NCBI GenBank assembly: GCA_947476405.1 | Contig: CANJQG010000002.1 | Coordinates: forward strand, 7,050-71,049 | Direction of reading: 5' to 3' | Source: Thiotrichales bacterium | GTDB taxonomy: Bacteria > Pseudomonadota > Gammaproteobacteria > Francisellales > CACEW01 | DNA: 64,000 bases | Shown here: positions 30,675 through 40,296 of the stretch, one piece after another | Numbering within the stretch: the stretch's first letter is position 1 | How the letters are laid out: every line of letters begins with the position of its first letter | Program-made: the position numbers and the translations under genes | Notes under the pieces: generated by a model | The model's input: only the letters and a program-made list of their open reading frames with translations | Told to the model about the DNA's origin: nothing | Database searches by the model: none

Positions 30675-30764
30675 ATGGAATTTTTATATGCCTTAGGGGG
30701 CTTGGTTGCATCAGGATTATTGGTTTACCTGACTGTTGTACTTATTAAACCTGAATGGTTTTAA
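30675..30764 (+). CDS. kdpF: KdpF-like 29-aa membrane peptide (orphan)
   Basis: MEFLYALGGLVASGLLVYLTVVLIKPEWF. Length, single TM and the C-terminal L-[IL]-[KR]-P-E-x-F ending match the KdpF family as I remember it. No kdpABC follows. Confidence 0.55.
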   Translation: MEFLYALGGLVASGLLVYLTVVLIKPEWF

Positions 30765-30790
30765 TCAATTAAAAGTCTAAGGAGCACTGA

Positions 30791-32158
30791 ATGGACCATA
30801 AAAAAAACAAACCCTTCGTTTATATTGTTGGGTTTGCGGCTGCTTTAACTGGGCTTTTATTCGGCTTAGATACCGGAGTGATCTCTGGCGCACTCCCCTT
30901 TATTGCTAAGGAATTTCAACTGACGGTTGGAGAAAGTGAACGCCTTGCAACGGCCGTATTAATTGGTGCAATTTTTGGGACCCTTTTTAGCGGCATGATT
31001 TCGCGTCGCCTGGGTCGACATTTTGCCATCTGGGTCTCTGCTTTTATTTTCTGCGTGGCCGCAATTCTCTGCGCGCTCTCAGTCAATTTATATATGCTCA
31101 TTGCCATGCGGGTTTTACTGGGCATTGGGATTGGCCTGGCCTCTTTCACCGCTCCTTTGTATCTTTCCGAAATTGCACCTAAAAATGTACGCGGCGCCTT
31201 GATTGCGCTTTTTCAATTTATGATTACCATTGGGATTTTCGTTTCCTATCTAACCGACACGCTTTTTACTCCGACTGGCGATTGGCGCTGGATGTTTGGA
31301 ATTACTTTTTTCCCGGCTTTTGCAATGTTTATGGCCGTACTCATTCTGCCTAAATCTCCGCGCTGGTTGATGTTACAGGGTCGCGCTGATGAAGCACGCG
31401 CTGTTCTGGGCCGCGTTCGAAGTCACGATGAAATTGATGAAGAAATTTCCGAAATTGAAAATGCGCTCAATAAAACACATCGCTTCCGAGATGTCTTTCA
31501 TGGCACTGGATTTTTAAAAGTGCTGATTCTCGGTATTGCACTGCAAATGATCCAACAGTTTTCAGGCATTAATACCATTATCTATTATGCGCCGAGCATT
31601 TTTAAAATGGCTGGATTTATTAGCCCTATGGCCCAAATGTATGCAACGATCCTAGTCGGAACCGTCAATGTGCTTACCACCATTATTGCCGTCATGTATG
31701 TTGATAAATGGGGACGTAAGCCCATTCTTTATTTTGGCTTGATCACCACCAGCTTCAGCTTATTATTCCTCGGATACCTTTTCCACATCGGCATTCATAC
31801 TGAAGTTGCACAATATCTGGCGATGGCCCTGGTACTGACCTTTATCTTTGGCTTTGCCGTTAGCTTAGGCCCCATTGCCTGGATTATTTGTGCGGAAATC
31901 TTCCCCTTACAAGGCCGCGATGCAGGGGTTGCAGTCACCACAGCGACCAACTGGATTTCCAATGCGATTGTAGTTGCTACCTTCCTGACCTTGGTTTCTG
32001 CTTTTGGCCCCGCCTCTACTTTTGGATTCTTTGGTCTTTTAGGCCTCATTAGCTTAGCCATTGTCATTCGCTTTATCCCAGAAACCAAAGGTGTTTCTTT
32101 AGAAAAAATCGAAGCCAATTTATTAGCAGGCAAAGCTTGTCGCCACTTAGGGGATTAA
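30791..32158 (+). CDS. MFS sugar-porter-family transporter
   Basis: 12 TM segments. GRRLGRH, LPKSPRWLMLQGR (PESPRWL-like), PETKG, WGRKP motifs. Confidence 0.85.
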   Translation: MDHKKNKPFVYIVGFAAALTGLLFGLDTGVISGALPFIAKEFQLTVGESERLATAVLIGAIFGTLFSGMISRRLGRHFAIWVSAFIFCVAAILCALSVNLYMLIAMRVLLGIGIGLASFTAPLYLSEIAPKNVRGALIALFQFMITIGIFVSYLTDTLFTPTGDWRWMFGITFFPAFAMFMAVLILPKSPRWLMLQGRADEARAVLGRVRSHDEIDEEISEIENALNKTHRFRDVFHGTGFLKVLILGIALQMIQQFSGINTIIYYAPSIFKMAGFISPMAQMYATILVGTVNVLTTIIAVMYVDKWGRKPILYFGLITTSFSLLFLGYLFHIGIHTEVAQYLAMALVLTFIFGFAVSLGPIAWIICAEIFPLQGRDAGVAVTTATNWISNAIVVATFLTLVSAFGPASTFGFFGLLGLISLAIVIRFIPETKGVSLEKIEANLLAGKACRHLGD

Positions 32159-33052
32159 TTGCAACACGTTTATTTCACTCAGCCTGAATATTTACCCCTT
32201 CTTCAGACTGAGTTTTCACATGCCACTCTTTTTGGCGAAAACGCCTTATTTTCTGATGAGCGCATTGACTCTGTCTTTGCCGTCGATACCTGGCATGATT
32301 GCGAAACCCTCTCCTTTCAATCCATCAACGAGGCCGCTCATTTATTAAAAGAACGCGCTCGCCTTTGGCATTATGAAGGCCGCGCTTCATTTCGACGTGG
32401 CACCTTAATCGGCCAATCTTTACGTCTTTTAAAAACCAAACCGCTGATCTTTGGTACGCTACCGCCTTTAACGCCTTTTGGTATTTATACTCTGCTGGAT
32501 GATCACCGCTTATTTTTATGTCACACCCCTCAAAAACCCATTCCTTTGGGCCAGATTGAATTTATTGAAAATAAAGTCATCCCGCCCAATCGCGCCTACC
32601 TCAAACTATGGGAAATGTTTAGTCTATTGCGTCAATTTCCCAAGCCAGGCGAAACCTGTTTAGATGTCGGTGCATCCCCCGGAGGATGGTCCTGGGTTTT
32701 AGCAGAATGCGGCGCCCAGGTTATTTCAATTGATAAAGCACCGCTGGCCCCCCATATTGCGAGCCATCCTCAGATTCGCTTTCAGCAAGGCAGCGCTTTT
32801 GCCCTGGACCCACGTGATTTTGACCCCATTGACTGGTTCTGCTCAGACATTATCTGCTATCCCAAACGCTTACTAAGCCTGATCGAACGCTGGCTAGAAT
32901 CAGGAAAAGTCCGCCACATGATCTGCACGATCAAACTGCAAGGGGATACTGACTGGGACACTCTCCGCACGCTTCAAGCGATTCCAGGTGCAAAGGTCCA
33001 ACATCTTTGGCACAATAAGCATGAACTTTGTTTTTATCACTCGCGCGATTGA
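32159..33052 (+). CDS. rlmM: Probable 23S rRNA (cytidine2498-2'-O)-methyltransferase RlmM-like
   Basis: SAM-binding CLDVGASPGGWSWVL, then WFCSDIICYP and ICTIKL blocks that align to the remembered RlmM (YgdE) C-terminal domain. TTG start. Confidence 0.65.
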   Translation: MQHVYFTQPEYLPLLQTEFSHATLFGENALFSDERIDSVFAVDTWHDCETLSFQSINEAAHLLKERARLWHYEGRASFRRGTLIGQSLRLLKTKPLIFGTLPPLTPFGIYTLLDDHRLFLCHTPQKPIPLGQIEFIENKVIPPNRAYLKLWEMFSLLRQFPKPGETCLDVGASPGGWSWVLAECGAQVISIDKAPLAPHIASHPQIRFQQGSAFALDPRDFDPIDWFCSDIICYPKRLLSLIERWLESGKVRHMICTIKLQGDTDWDTLRTLQAIPGAKVQHLWHNKHELCFYHSRD

Positions 33053-33104
33053 AATTTAAAAAAAAACACGTACAATATAAACCAATATAATAATTAAGGA
33101 ATGC

Positions 33105-34001
33105 ATGTTTTCTTTTTGCCGAAGATCTAAACCATCTAATGTTCAAACTGAAATGACCGTCCTCATCGCCGCACCGCAAAAAACATGGACTGAACGAGCC
33201 TACGCCTGCTGTCCCTCTATGGAAACACCTCCACGCGCGCTTCTAGCCGGCTTCATTCTTTCTGTAGCAGGGATCATCACCGGCGCGGTAGGTGCAATCA
33301 CTCAAAATATAAGCGCTAGAAATGCAACAATCAGCTTTGTCAAAGCAGGATTTTCGCTGCCTTCACTCCCCGGCCTAATCGATCCAACCCGCCCGAAATT
33401 TGAGCGCTGCAAAAGAGCAATACACATCTCGCTTCTCACTGTAGCAGCCATTGTACCGTGGGGCAGCCTTGGCAAAAAATATCCTGCTTTATCGACAGTC
33501 TTAACCATCCTTATCCCCCCTCTGGTTGCCAGCTCCACCCCAAATTTCCCTCGCAGTTCGACTTATGCTATTTACTGTTTATCTGCTCTTGAATTAGCAG
33601 TGGGCATTTATTCTCTTAATCAAATAGAAACTGAAAAAATAGATGATTCTTTAAGCACGGCCAATGCATTGATCAGCCTTGCCTTTGCGCCCCTTGCCTT
33701 TGGCCATTTCAGCATGACACCCACTCACTTTATAAAACTGTCTCTTGAAAATAAAATAAATTTTTTATGCATGCTGATGACGACAGGATTTTCACTTGGA
33801 TCTCTTTCTAAAAAAGCCCCCCCTGTGCTTGTTGATCTTGCATTGACCACCATTGTTTGCGCCGCAGCGGCTTTAAATCTTCACTTAATTAAACAGACTA
33901 AAGCGCCTAGAATGATTCCAGACGATACGAAAATTCCTACCAATATTTTAACCACTTCTATAGACAAAAATGAAAGCCCTTCACTTCCAGCCTCAACTTA
34001 A
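33105..34001 (+). CDS. Hypothetical polytopic membrane protein
   Basis: Several hydrophobic segments. N-terminus MFSFCRRSKPS. No family recognised. Confidence 0.5.
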   Translation: MFSFCRRSKPSNVQTEMTVLIAAPQKTWTERAYACCPSMETPPRALLAGFILSVAGIITGAVGAITQNISARNATISFVKAGFSLPSLPGLIDPTRPKFERCKRAIHISLLTVAAIVPWGSLGKKYPALSTVLTILIPPLVASSTPNFPRSSTYAIYCLSALELAVGIYSLNQIETEKIDDSLSTANALISLAFAPLAFGHFSMTPTHFIKLSLENKINFLCMLMTTGFSLGSLSKKAPPVLVDLALTTIVCAAAALNLHLIKQTKAPRMIPDDTKIPTNILTTSIDKNESPSLPAST

Positions 34002-34061
34002 GCTTGCCAAAATACACGCCCCTTTATATCATGAGCATTCCCATTTAAACAGGACTCAATC

Positions 34062-35114
34062 ATCAAAACCTATCTTGTAGGCGGTGCGGTTCGGGATGCA
34101 TTGTTATCCCTTCCCATTCATGAACGCGATTATATGGTCGTCGGCGCGAATCCAGAACAGATGATCGCTCAGGGCTTTAAACCCGTTGGCCGTGATTTCC
34201 CTGTTTTTCTACACCCCAAAACCCACGAGGAATATGCCTTAGCCCGTACTGAACGCAAAACAGCGAAAGGGCATCAGGGCTTTACTTTTCATGCGGATGA
34301 AACTGTCACTTTAGAAGAGGACCTCTCTCGTCGCGACCTCACAATTAATGCTATTGCTCAAGATACACAGGGGCATCGGATTGATCCTTTTCAGGGTCAA
34401 GCGGATTTACAAAATCGTATTTTGCGACATGTCTCCCCTGCCTTTAAAGAAGATCCACTTCGCATTTTAAGAGTGGCTCGATTTCGGGCTTATCTGGGAG
34501 CTTTTGATTTTATTATCGCCCCTGAAACACTGAGGCTGATGCAAAGCATGGTTGCAGAAAATATGATTACAGAGCTTTCTGACGAACGCGTCTGGCAAGA
34601 AATTCTAAAGGCACTCAAGACAGACTATCCCGAACGCTTTTTCATCACTTTACAAGAAATTAATTTATTACCCACCCTTTTCCCTCATTTAACCCAGAAA
34701 GGCATCGATGCTTTAATCCGAGCCAAAGCCATCAGCACCGATCCAGAAATTCGTTTTTCGGCACTTGCACATGAAGGACCTTATCTGCGAAGCGCACCTA
34801 AAGCATTCAGCGACTTGAGAGACCTCAGCGCGCGACATTTTGAAACAGCGATGCATTTCAGCACATTAAATCCCCCCTCACAACTTGCTCTTTTAAAAAA
34901 TCTGGATGCTCTACGCCGGGAAGATCGTTTTGACCAATGGCTGACAGCCTGCCATGCAATTCGTGCTGATTTTCCCAGAGTGCTTTTAATCACTGCATTG
35001 GGAAAACTCAAAGGAATCAATCGCCAAGCCATTGCAAAACAACAGCACTCAACTCATGATATTCAAGACGCCATTCGAGCTGCCGAAATAATCGCTTTAC
35101 AAACCTCAACTTAA
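34062..35114 (+). CDS. cca: CCA-adding tRNA nucleotidyltransferase; the conserved N-terminus is encoded only if translation starts at ATC
   Basis: (I)KTYLVGGAVRDALLSLPIHERDYMVVGANPEQMIAQGFKPVGRDFPVFLHPKTHEEYALARTERK aligns residue for residue with the E. coli Cca N-terminus. The in-frame stretch 34035-34100 contains no ATG, GTG or TTG. AGGA lies 7 nt upstream of ATC 34062. Confidence 0.8.
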   Translation: MKTYLVGGAVRDALLSLPIHERDYMVVGANPEQMIAQGFKPVGRDFPVFLHPKTHEEYALARTERKTAKGHQGFTFHADETVTLEEDLSRRDLTINAIAQDTQGHRIDPFQGQADLQNRILRHVSPAFKEDPLRILRVARFRAYLGAFDFIIAPETLRLMQSMVAENMITELSDERVWQEILKALKTDYPERFFITLQEINLLPTLFPHLTQKGIDALIRAKAISTDPEIRFSALAHEGPYLRSAPKAFSDLRDLSARHFETAMHFSTLNPPSQLALLKNLDALRREDRFDQWLTACHAIRADFPRVLLITALGKLKGINRQAIAKQQHSTHDIQDAIRAAEIIALQTST

Positions 35115-35217
35115 ATCAATCCGAATTATTTAAAAAAGCCCCCAATAAAAAGCTGTATTTTTATTATAGGATGCGTATAATGCGCGATATTATAAAAAAT
35201 ACACCCTACACTCAAAC

Positions 35218-36711
35218 ATGCCTTTTTCTCGTTGTTTCCGTCGCCCCACTTCACCCACTCCTGTCATGAATAATCAACCATTTCCTACAGTTCAGCCCGG
35301 AAGACTTTCTTGTCTTTACCGTTCAATTCAATCTATTTTATATCCCGCCTACCCCATCATTGCAGGCATAGCAAGTGCGTTAGGATCAAAGCTCTCCTTT
35401 CAAAAGGAAGTATTGGGCGCACTTGCAACCTTAGATCTCATCCTGACAATCAATACGCATGATCAAATGAATGCGAAGGATTGGGGGCACCTCTGCTTAA
35501 AAGGCGCGGGAGGGGCCCTTTCCAGCCTGCTCATTTCTGCCTTATCCGATAGGCTTATTTTACCTGAATCCATTTTATTGGGTCTCTGCATGGGGATGAG
35601 CTGGCAATTGAGCCGTCAGTTTAATCGACGTCGTCAATTACAGGATGCACAAGGCAATACGCTTTATTTAAATAATACAACTCTTTATTTTTCTGCCATC
35701 ACCATGACGTTATCCGTTGCCAGCTCAGGCTGGGGCTCATTCATGTACCTCAACCCCAGCTCTGTTGGTGCGCCCACCCTTCCTGAAGATGCGCAAACCT
35801 TTTGGGGCCTCACCTATGGCCTACAAGCCATCGCTTTAAGCATCGGACTGATTCAAATCGTATTGATGCACAAAAGAATAAAGCATCCTCAGCTTGAAGA
35901 AAAATCAGACATTCTATTAAGTATGTTCAAAAAATCAGCCAGCATTCAAAACATTTTTTATTTTTTAGTGCAAGCAGGATCGTATTGTGCAGGGCAGCAT
36001 ACCATTATCTCTAAAGAAGCAAGCTATGCAATCCAAAGTATTTCGTTTATTAGCGGATGCATCGCCAGCTATTTTTTACCGATTGAAAGCCTCCAACTTG
36101 CAAAGCAATATAAAAAAATTGCGGATGACCCAACTACCCCCCCTCCCCAACTCATAATCATCCAGACTGACACACGCTGGAAAAAAGCTAAAAAACATCT
36201 TACCACAGGAATCAAAGTCGCCCTTGATACAGGGTCTTTTCTTTCAGCATTAACACAAGCCCGACAATTACTGGGCATTATCCTCCCCGCCATTCAAGAC
36301 CCGAAGGCCACCCTTCCCATTGCGGCTGTCGCAAGCTTTTTGGGGATTCTTGCAAACCTTCGTCACCATCAGGGCAAGTCAAATCATCTTCCCCGAGTGT
36401 TTAACACTTTATTCATTCGCATCAGGCAAATTGAAAATGCCACTGAATCCTTCTCCAATGCGGCCTATACTTTTTCTTTTGCTTATGGTGGCCTGACGTT
36501 TGGGAATAATATTCCGATTCACGAACGCCTCAAATCCGGTGGCTTCCCCTTTTTTAAAGTGCTGAATGGTGGAATTTTAATAGGAGCAATGGCGACAGGG
36601 ATTGTGGAAGCCAATCAAAAGCGTATTGTAGAAAAAGGAGGCCGAAGCACCCCCTCAGCTCTTTCAATCAGCACCAGCAATCCATTAAATCATTCTGGAG
36701 CACATCCATGA
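35218..36711 (+). CDS. Hypothetical polytopic membrane protein (497 aa)
   Basis: Many hydrophobic segments. N-terminus MPFSRCFRRPTSP. Stop overlaps the next start (ATGA). Confidence 0.5.
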   Translation: MPFSRCFRRPTSPTPVMNNQPFPTVQPGRLSCLYRSIQSILYPAYPIIAGIASALGSKLSFQKEVLGALATLDLILTINTHDQMNAKDWGHLCLKGAGGALSSLLISALSDRLILPESILLGLCMGMSWQLSRQFNRRRQLQDAQGNTLYLNNTTLYFSAITMTLSVASSGWGSFMYLNPSSVGAPTLPEDAQTFWGLTYGLQAIALSIGLIQIVLMHKRIKHPQLEEKSDILLSMFKKSASIQNIFYFLVQAGSYCAGQHTIISKEASYAIQSISFISGCIASYFLPIESLQLAKQYKKIADDPTTPPPQLIIIQTDTRWKKAKKHLTTGIKVALDTGSFLSALTQARQLLGIILPAIQDPKATLPIAAVASFLGILANLRHHQGKSNHLPRVFNTLFIRIRQIENATESFSNAAYTFSFAYGGLTFGNNIPIHERLKSGGFPFFKVLNGGILIGAMATGIVEANQKRIVEKGGRSTPSALSISTSNPLNHSGAHP

Positions 36712-37505
36712 GCCTCCTTTCTCACTCTTTTTCACATGCCTCCTGGAGCCACCTCTACCTCCTTTTTCTAAGCTATCGATTTTTGCGCTATTTCATTCTG
36801 TATCCCGCGATTTTCTTTACTTTTTGCTTTTTGGGGGACCGCATTGCTCAATATCGCATTCAAGCCAAACATCCTTCTAAAAAAACTATTTTACGAGAGC
36901 TCACGCTCTCTATTTCGACCTTTATTTGCTTTGGCCTCAATACCTTACTGGCTGTTTATTTTTATAAAAAAGGCGGGTATCACCTTTATTTTGACTGGAA
37001 AGCCCTGGGCATTCCCTATTTTTTCTTTAGTATTATCCTGATTTTGGTTTTTCATGAAATTTATCATTATAGCTATCATCGCTTTATGCACACGAATGCT
37101 TGGTTTTATCGGCATGTTCATAGCACCCATCACCGCTTTCCCAACCCCACGGTTTTTACCTCCTATGCCTTTCACCCGATCGAAGCTTTATTGCATCCGC
37201 TGGCTTTTGTCATCGCGCCTCTGATTTTACCCCTTCATTTTTTAGCGCCGATGATTGCCTTATTGATTTCAGAAGCGTTTAATATCATGGGCCATGCAGG
37301 CTATGAATGGATGCCGCAAAAATGGGCCAACAAAGGCCTACTGCGCCTTTTAAACAAATCCACTTTTCATAATTATCACCACAGCCACGGTGGCCGTCAA
37401 AACTATAGTTTATATACCACTGTTATGGATGAACTCTTCAATACACACGCCAAAGGCAATCAAGCCGAACTCAGTCGGGTGTATGAAAAACGCAGAAAGG
37501 ATTAA
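36708..37505 (+). CDS. Fatty acid hydroxylase / sterol desaturase-family membrane di-iron enzyme
   Basis: Three histidine boxes: HEIYHYSYHRFMH, HSTHHRF, HNYHHSH. Confidence 0.75.
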   Translation: MSLLSHSFSHASWSHLYLLFLSYRFLRYFILYPAIFFTFCFLGDRIAQYRIQAKHPSKKTILRELTLSISTFICFGLNTLLAVYFYKKGGYHLYFDWKALGIPYFFFSIILILVFHEIYHYSYHRFMHTNAWFYRHVHSTHHRFPNPTVFTSYAFHPIEALLHPLAFVIAPLILPLHFLAPMIALLISEAFNIMGHAGYEWMPQKWANKGLLRLLNKSTFHNYHHSHGGRQNYSLYTTVMDELFNTHAKGNQAELSRVYEKRRKD

Positions 37506-37578
37506 AAGATTTTTAAACCTTGTTCTCAATACCCTTTCTGCATACAATAGTCCAAAGATTGTCAAAAGTTGATAATGG

Positions 37579-38607
37579 ATGCTCATTGCTTTAATACCTG
37601 CTTATAATCCGATTAAAACCCTGCCTGATTACATTGATGAACTCATTGCTTCCCAGATTTTTTATCGCATTATCCTAGTCAATGATGGCAGCCACCCAGA
37701 ACATCGTTTGATATTTGACGCCCTGCAAAAAAAAACAAATGTCATTTTTTTAGAACATGCCATCAATCAAGGAAAAGGGGCAGCCCTCAAAACTGGGCTG
37801 AATGAGGTCGCCTTGCATTTTCCTGAAGCAATGGGCGTGGTCACGATCGATGCAGATGGCCAGCATTGCATCAAAGATGCCTGTAAAGTCGCTGAAACCC
37901 TGCAAAAACACCCCACCCATTTGATCGTGGGCGGGCGTAAATTTGACACTCAGACCCCCGCTCGAAGTGCCGTAGGTAATTTTTTAACGCGCCATTTATT
38001 CAAACTGATGACGGGCCTTAAAATTCATGATACCCAATCGGGACTCCGAGGCATCCCTTTCGCAATGATTAAACCACTCCTCAATATTGAAAGTAATGGC
38101 TATGAATATGAGCTCGATATGTTGATGCAATCGCAACGCCTGGGTTTTAAAATTTTAGAAACCCCGATTACAACCATTTATCTCAATGACAATCAGCATT
38201 CCAGCTTTAGACCCATTCTTGACTCTTTGAGAATTTATTTTGTTCTCTTTCGCTTCTCCATTATTGCAGGACTGAGCGCCCTACTGGACTATGGAATTTT
38301 CATCCTGATTTACTATCTCATTGACAAAAATGTTTTTGCTGCACTCGTCTGCAGCCGGATTTGCTCCATTACCTTTAATTATCTGAATGTGCGAAAATTT
38401 GCTTTTAAAGCCTCAGGCATGCAACACCATAGAACCCTTCCTAAATATCTGCTACTCGCTTGCTTTTCTGGATTGATCGCTTACTTCTTCATTATTGGCT
38501 TTATGAGTATTTTTGGCTGGCATGTTGTCCCTGCAAAAATAGCAGCTGAAATCATTATGTTTGTTGTGAACTTTTTCATTCAAAGAAATCTCATTTTCAG
38601 GAAATAA
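37579..38607 (+). CDS. Family-2 glycosyltransferase fused to a C-terminal GtrA-like membrane domain
   Basis: ALIPAYNP and TIDADGQH (DxD context), followed by about four TM segments at the C-terminus, as in polyprenol-phosphate glycosyltransferase-GtrA fusions. Confidence 0.75.
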   Translation: MLIALIPAYNPIKTLPDYIDELIASQIFYRIILVNDGSHPEHRLIFDALQKKTNVIFLEHAINQGKGAALKTGLNEVALHFPEAMGVVTIDADGQHCIKDACKVAETLQKHPTHLIVGGRKFDTQTPARSAVGNFLTRHLFKLMTGLKIHDTQSGLRGIPFAMIKPLLNIESNGYEYELDMLMQSQRLGFKILETPITTIYLNDNQHSSFRPILDSLRIYFVLFRFSIIAGLSALLDYGIFILIYYLIDKNVFAALVCSRICSITFNYLNVRKFAFKASGMQHHRTLPKYLLLACFSGLIAYFFIIGFMSIFGWHVVPAKIAAEIIMFVVNFFIQRNLIFRK

Positions 38608-38618
38608 CAAGAATAAGG

Positions 38619-39695
38619 CTAGGCCAAAAATCGCAATAGCTTTATCTTCACCCACTCAGAAAGTTGGCACTCTAAATATCGATATGACAGTGCAGCACAG
38701 ATTAGTGAGCAAGCAATCAACAATGGTGGGTAAAAGCTCATGATTGCAACGAACAAAGAGTTGTAGGGAGAGCCATAAACATGATGCAATAAGTGCAAAA
38801 ATAATGGGTGTATCAGATATAAGGAAAAAGAGATATTTCCCAACCAAACTAAAAATCTAGGCACATAAATCGGCCAAGATTTGTTGTACAACATCACAAA
38901 TAAAACTAAGAATGCCAAACTAGCGCCCAAATGTGTAATGCCAAATCCAGAATCGAAACCAGAAAAATATTGTGATACAAAAACAGCAAATGCCAATGCG
39001 ATCAACCCTTGTAAAATTCGGGGATTGTTGATGGTCCATGAAGATTGATAAATGAGTCCAATGACCACGCCCACTACAAATTCCCAAATCATAGGATTAG
39101 TCACGATATTGAGATAGTTCAAAAAACCATACAAATTATAGGGATTAAATGACACATACCCCGCATATAGGAAAGGCAATACCAACAAAGTCAAAACAAT
39201 AATTCCAAAAAATACAACCCAGCGTCGCACAAATAGCATCGACAGTCCAAAAATGAAATAAAAATACATCTCATAATTTAAAGTCCACCCCACATCCAAT
39301 GCTGCGCGCCCGTAATAAGGAGCATCTAAATTACTGAGAGGCTGAAAACTCAGGCTTTTTGCAACAGTAAGCATGCCATGCAAATCAAATGAAGGGATCC
39401 CATTCAAGAGGGTCAGCACAAAATAGACGGGCCAAATTCTTGCAAAACGCTTAATCCAGAAAGATTTGCTATATTGAAAAGAAGCATCAGCGGTGGTTGT
39501 AGCATAAACCATAATAAAACCACTAATCATAAAGAAGAGATCCACTCCGCACGCACCAGGAAAAAATAAGGCCTCGCCCCAGGTGGTATGATAAGTAGGC
39601 GAAACATCCCATAAAACATCATAACCATGGAGCATTACAACCAAAAGCGCTGCACATCCGCGCATTGCCTGAACGATATCTAGTTTTTTATTCAA
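38619..39695 (-). CDS. Acyltransferase family 3 (O-acyltransferase) membrane protein
   Basis: IVQAMRGCAALLVVMLHG N-terminal motif, about 10 TM segments, TTG start. Confidence 0.75.
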   Translation of the reverse strand: MNKKLDIVQAMRGCAALLVVMLHGYDVLWDVSPTYHTTWGEALFFPGACGVDLFFMISGFIMVYATTTADASFQYSKSFWIKRFARIWPVYFVLTLLNGIPSFDLHGMLTVAKSLSFQPLSNLDAPYYGRAALDVGWTLNYEMYFYFIFGLSMLFVRRWVVFFGIIVLTLLVLPFLYAGYVSFNPYNLYGFLNYLNIVTNPMIWEFVVGVVIGLIYQSSWTINNPRILQGLIALAFAVFVSQYFSGFDSGFGITHLGASLAFLVLFVMLYNKSWPIYVPRFLVWLGNISFSLYLIHPLFLHLLHHVYGSPYNSLFVAIMSFYPPLLIACSLICAALSYRYLECQLSEWVKIKLLRFLA

Positions 39696-39798
39696 ATGCC
39701 AGTCCGTCCCTTCAAAGCTTCACTTGGAAGCAAAGCTGAACAATAACCGCTTTTATACATCCTTTTTGATTCTGTTGCAAATACTTTTTTTCGGAGGG

Positions 39799-39856
39799 TG
39801 TGAATAAAAGTGCGGTCAGCTCTCTGTATCATCCTCGCGAACGCGGGGAACCAGTC
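39799..39856. repeat. Left terminal inverted repeat
   Basis: tgtgaataaaagtgcggtcagctctctgtatcatcctcgcgaacgcggggaaccagtc. Contains a GC-rich sub-hairpin cctcgcg/cgcgggg. Confidence 0.85.
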
Positions 39857-39867
39857 TGATTTCTTCC

Positions 39868-40161
39868 TTAAAATAAATTAGAATATAAATCTTCCCACTG
39901 AGGGTTCATGGTTTCAATCAAGTCTATTTTCCATTCGCGCTTCCATTTCTTCAGTTGTTTCTCTCGTTGAATTGCGGCATGAATGCAAGATGTTTATTCA
40001 TAATAAACGAGCTGATTAATCGCATACTCCTGCGAAAATCCTTTGACTAGTTTGTTCTTATGTTGATATACCCGCTGGGCTAAATTACTGCTGACGCCAA
40101 TGTAGAGCGTTCCATTTCGAGCGCTTGCTAAAATATAGATGTAATAGTTTTTAGTTTGCAT
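39868..40161 (-). pseudogene. GIY-YIG nuclease-family (UPF0213-like) gene with an in-frame TAA
   Basis: Hand translation: MQTKNYYIYILASARNGTLYIGVSSNLAQRVYQHKNKLVKGFSQEYAINQLVYYE*TSCIHAAIQREKQLKKWKREWKIDLIETMNPQWEDLYSNLF*. The stop codon lies at 39996-39994. The frame is otherwise intact. Confidence 0.75.
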
Positions 40162-40238
40162 GAGAAAGCCCAGTTTATTTTGATTTTAAATTGTACTGTA
40201 TTTTTTTGGGATTTTCAAGGCGATGAAGAAGAGCATTA

Positions 40239-40296
40239 GACTGGGTCCCCGCGTTCGCGAGGATGACACAGAGAGCTGACCGCACTTTTATTCACA
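40239..40296. repeat. Right terminal inverted repeat
   Basis: gactgggtccccgcgttcgcgaggatgacacagagagctgaccgcacttttattcaca, which is the reverse complement of IR-L with 2 mismatches. Confidence 0.85.

Larger units (their letters stand above)
39799..40296. mobile_element. 498-bp unit bounded by 58-bp terminal inverted repeats, carrying a GIY-YIG gene remnant
   Basis: IR-L 39799-39856 and the reverse complement of IR-R 40239-40296 match at 56 of 58 positions by hand alignment. TTTTCGGA occurs 3 bp outside each IR (39788-39795 and 40300-40307). Confidence 0.5.
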
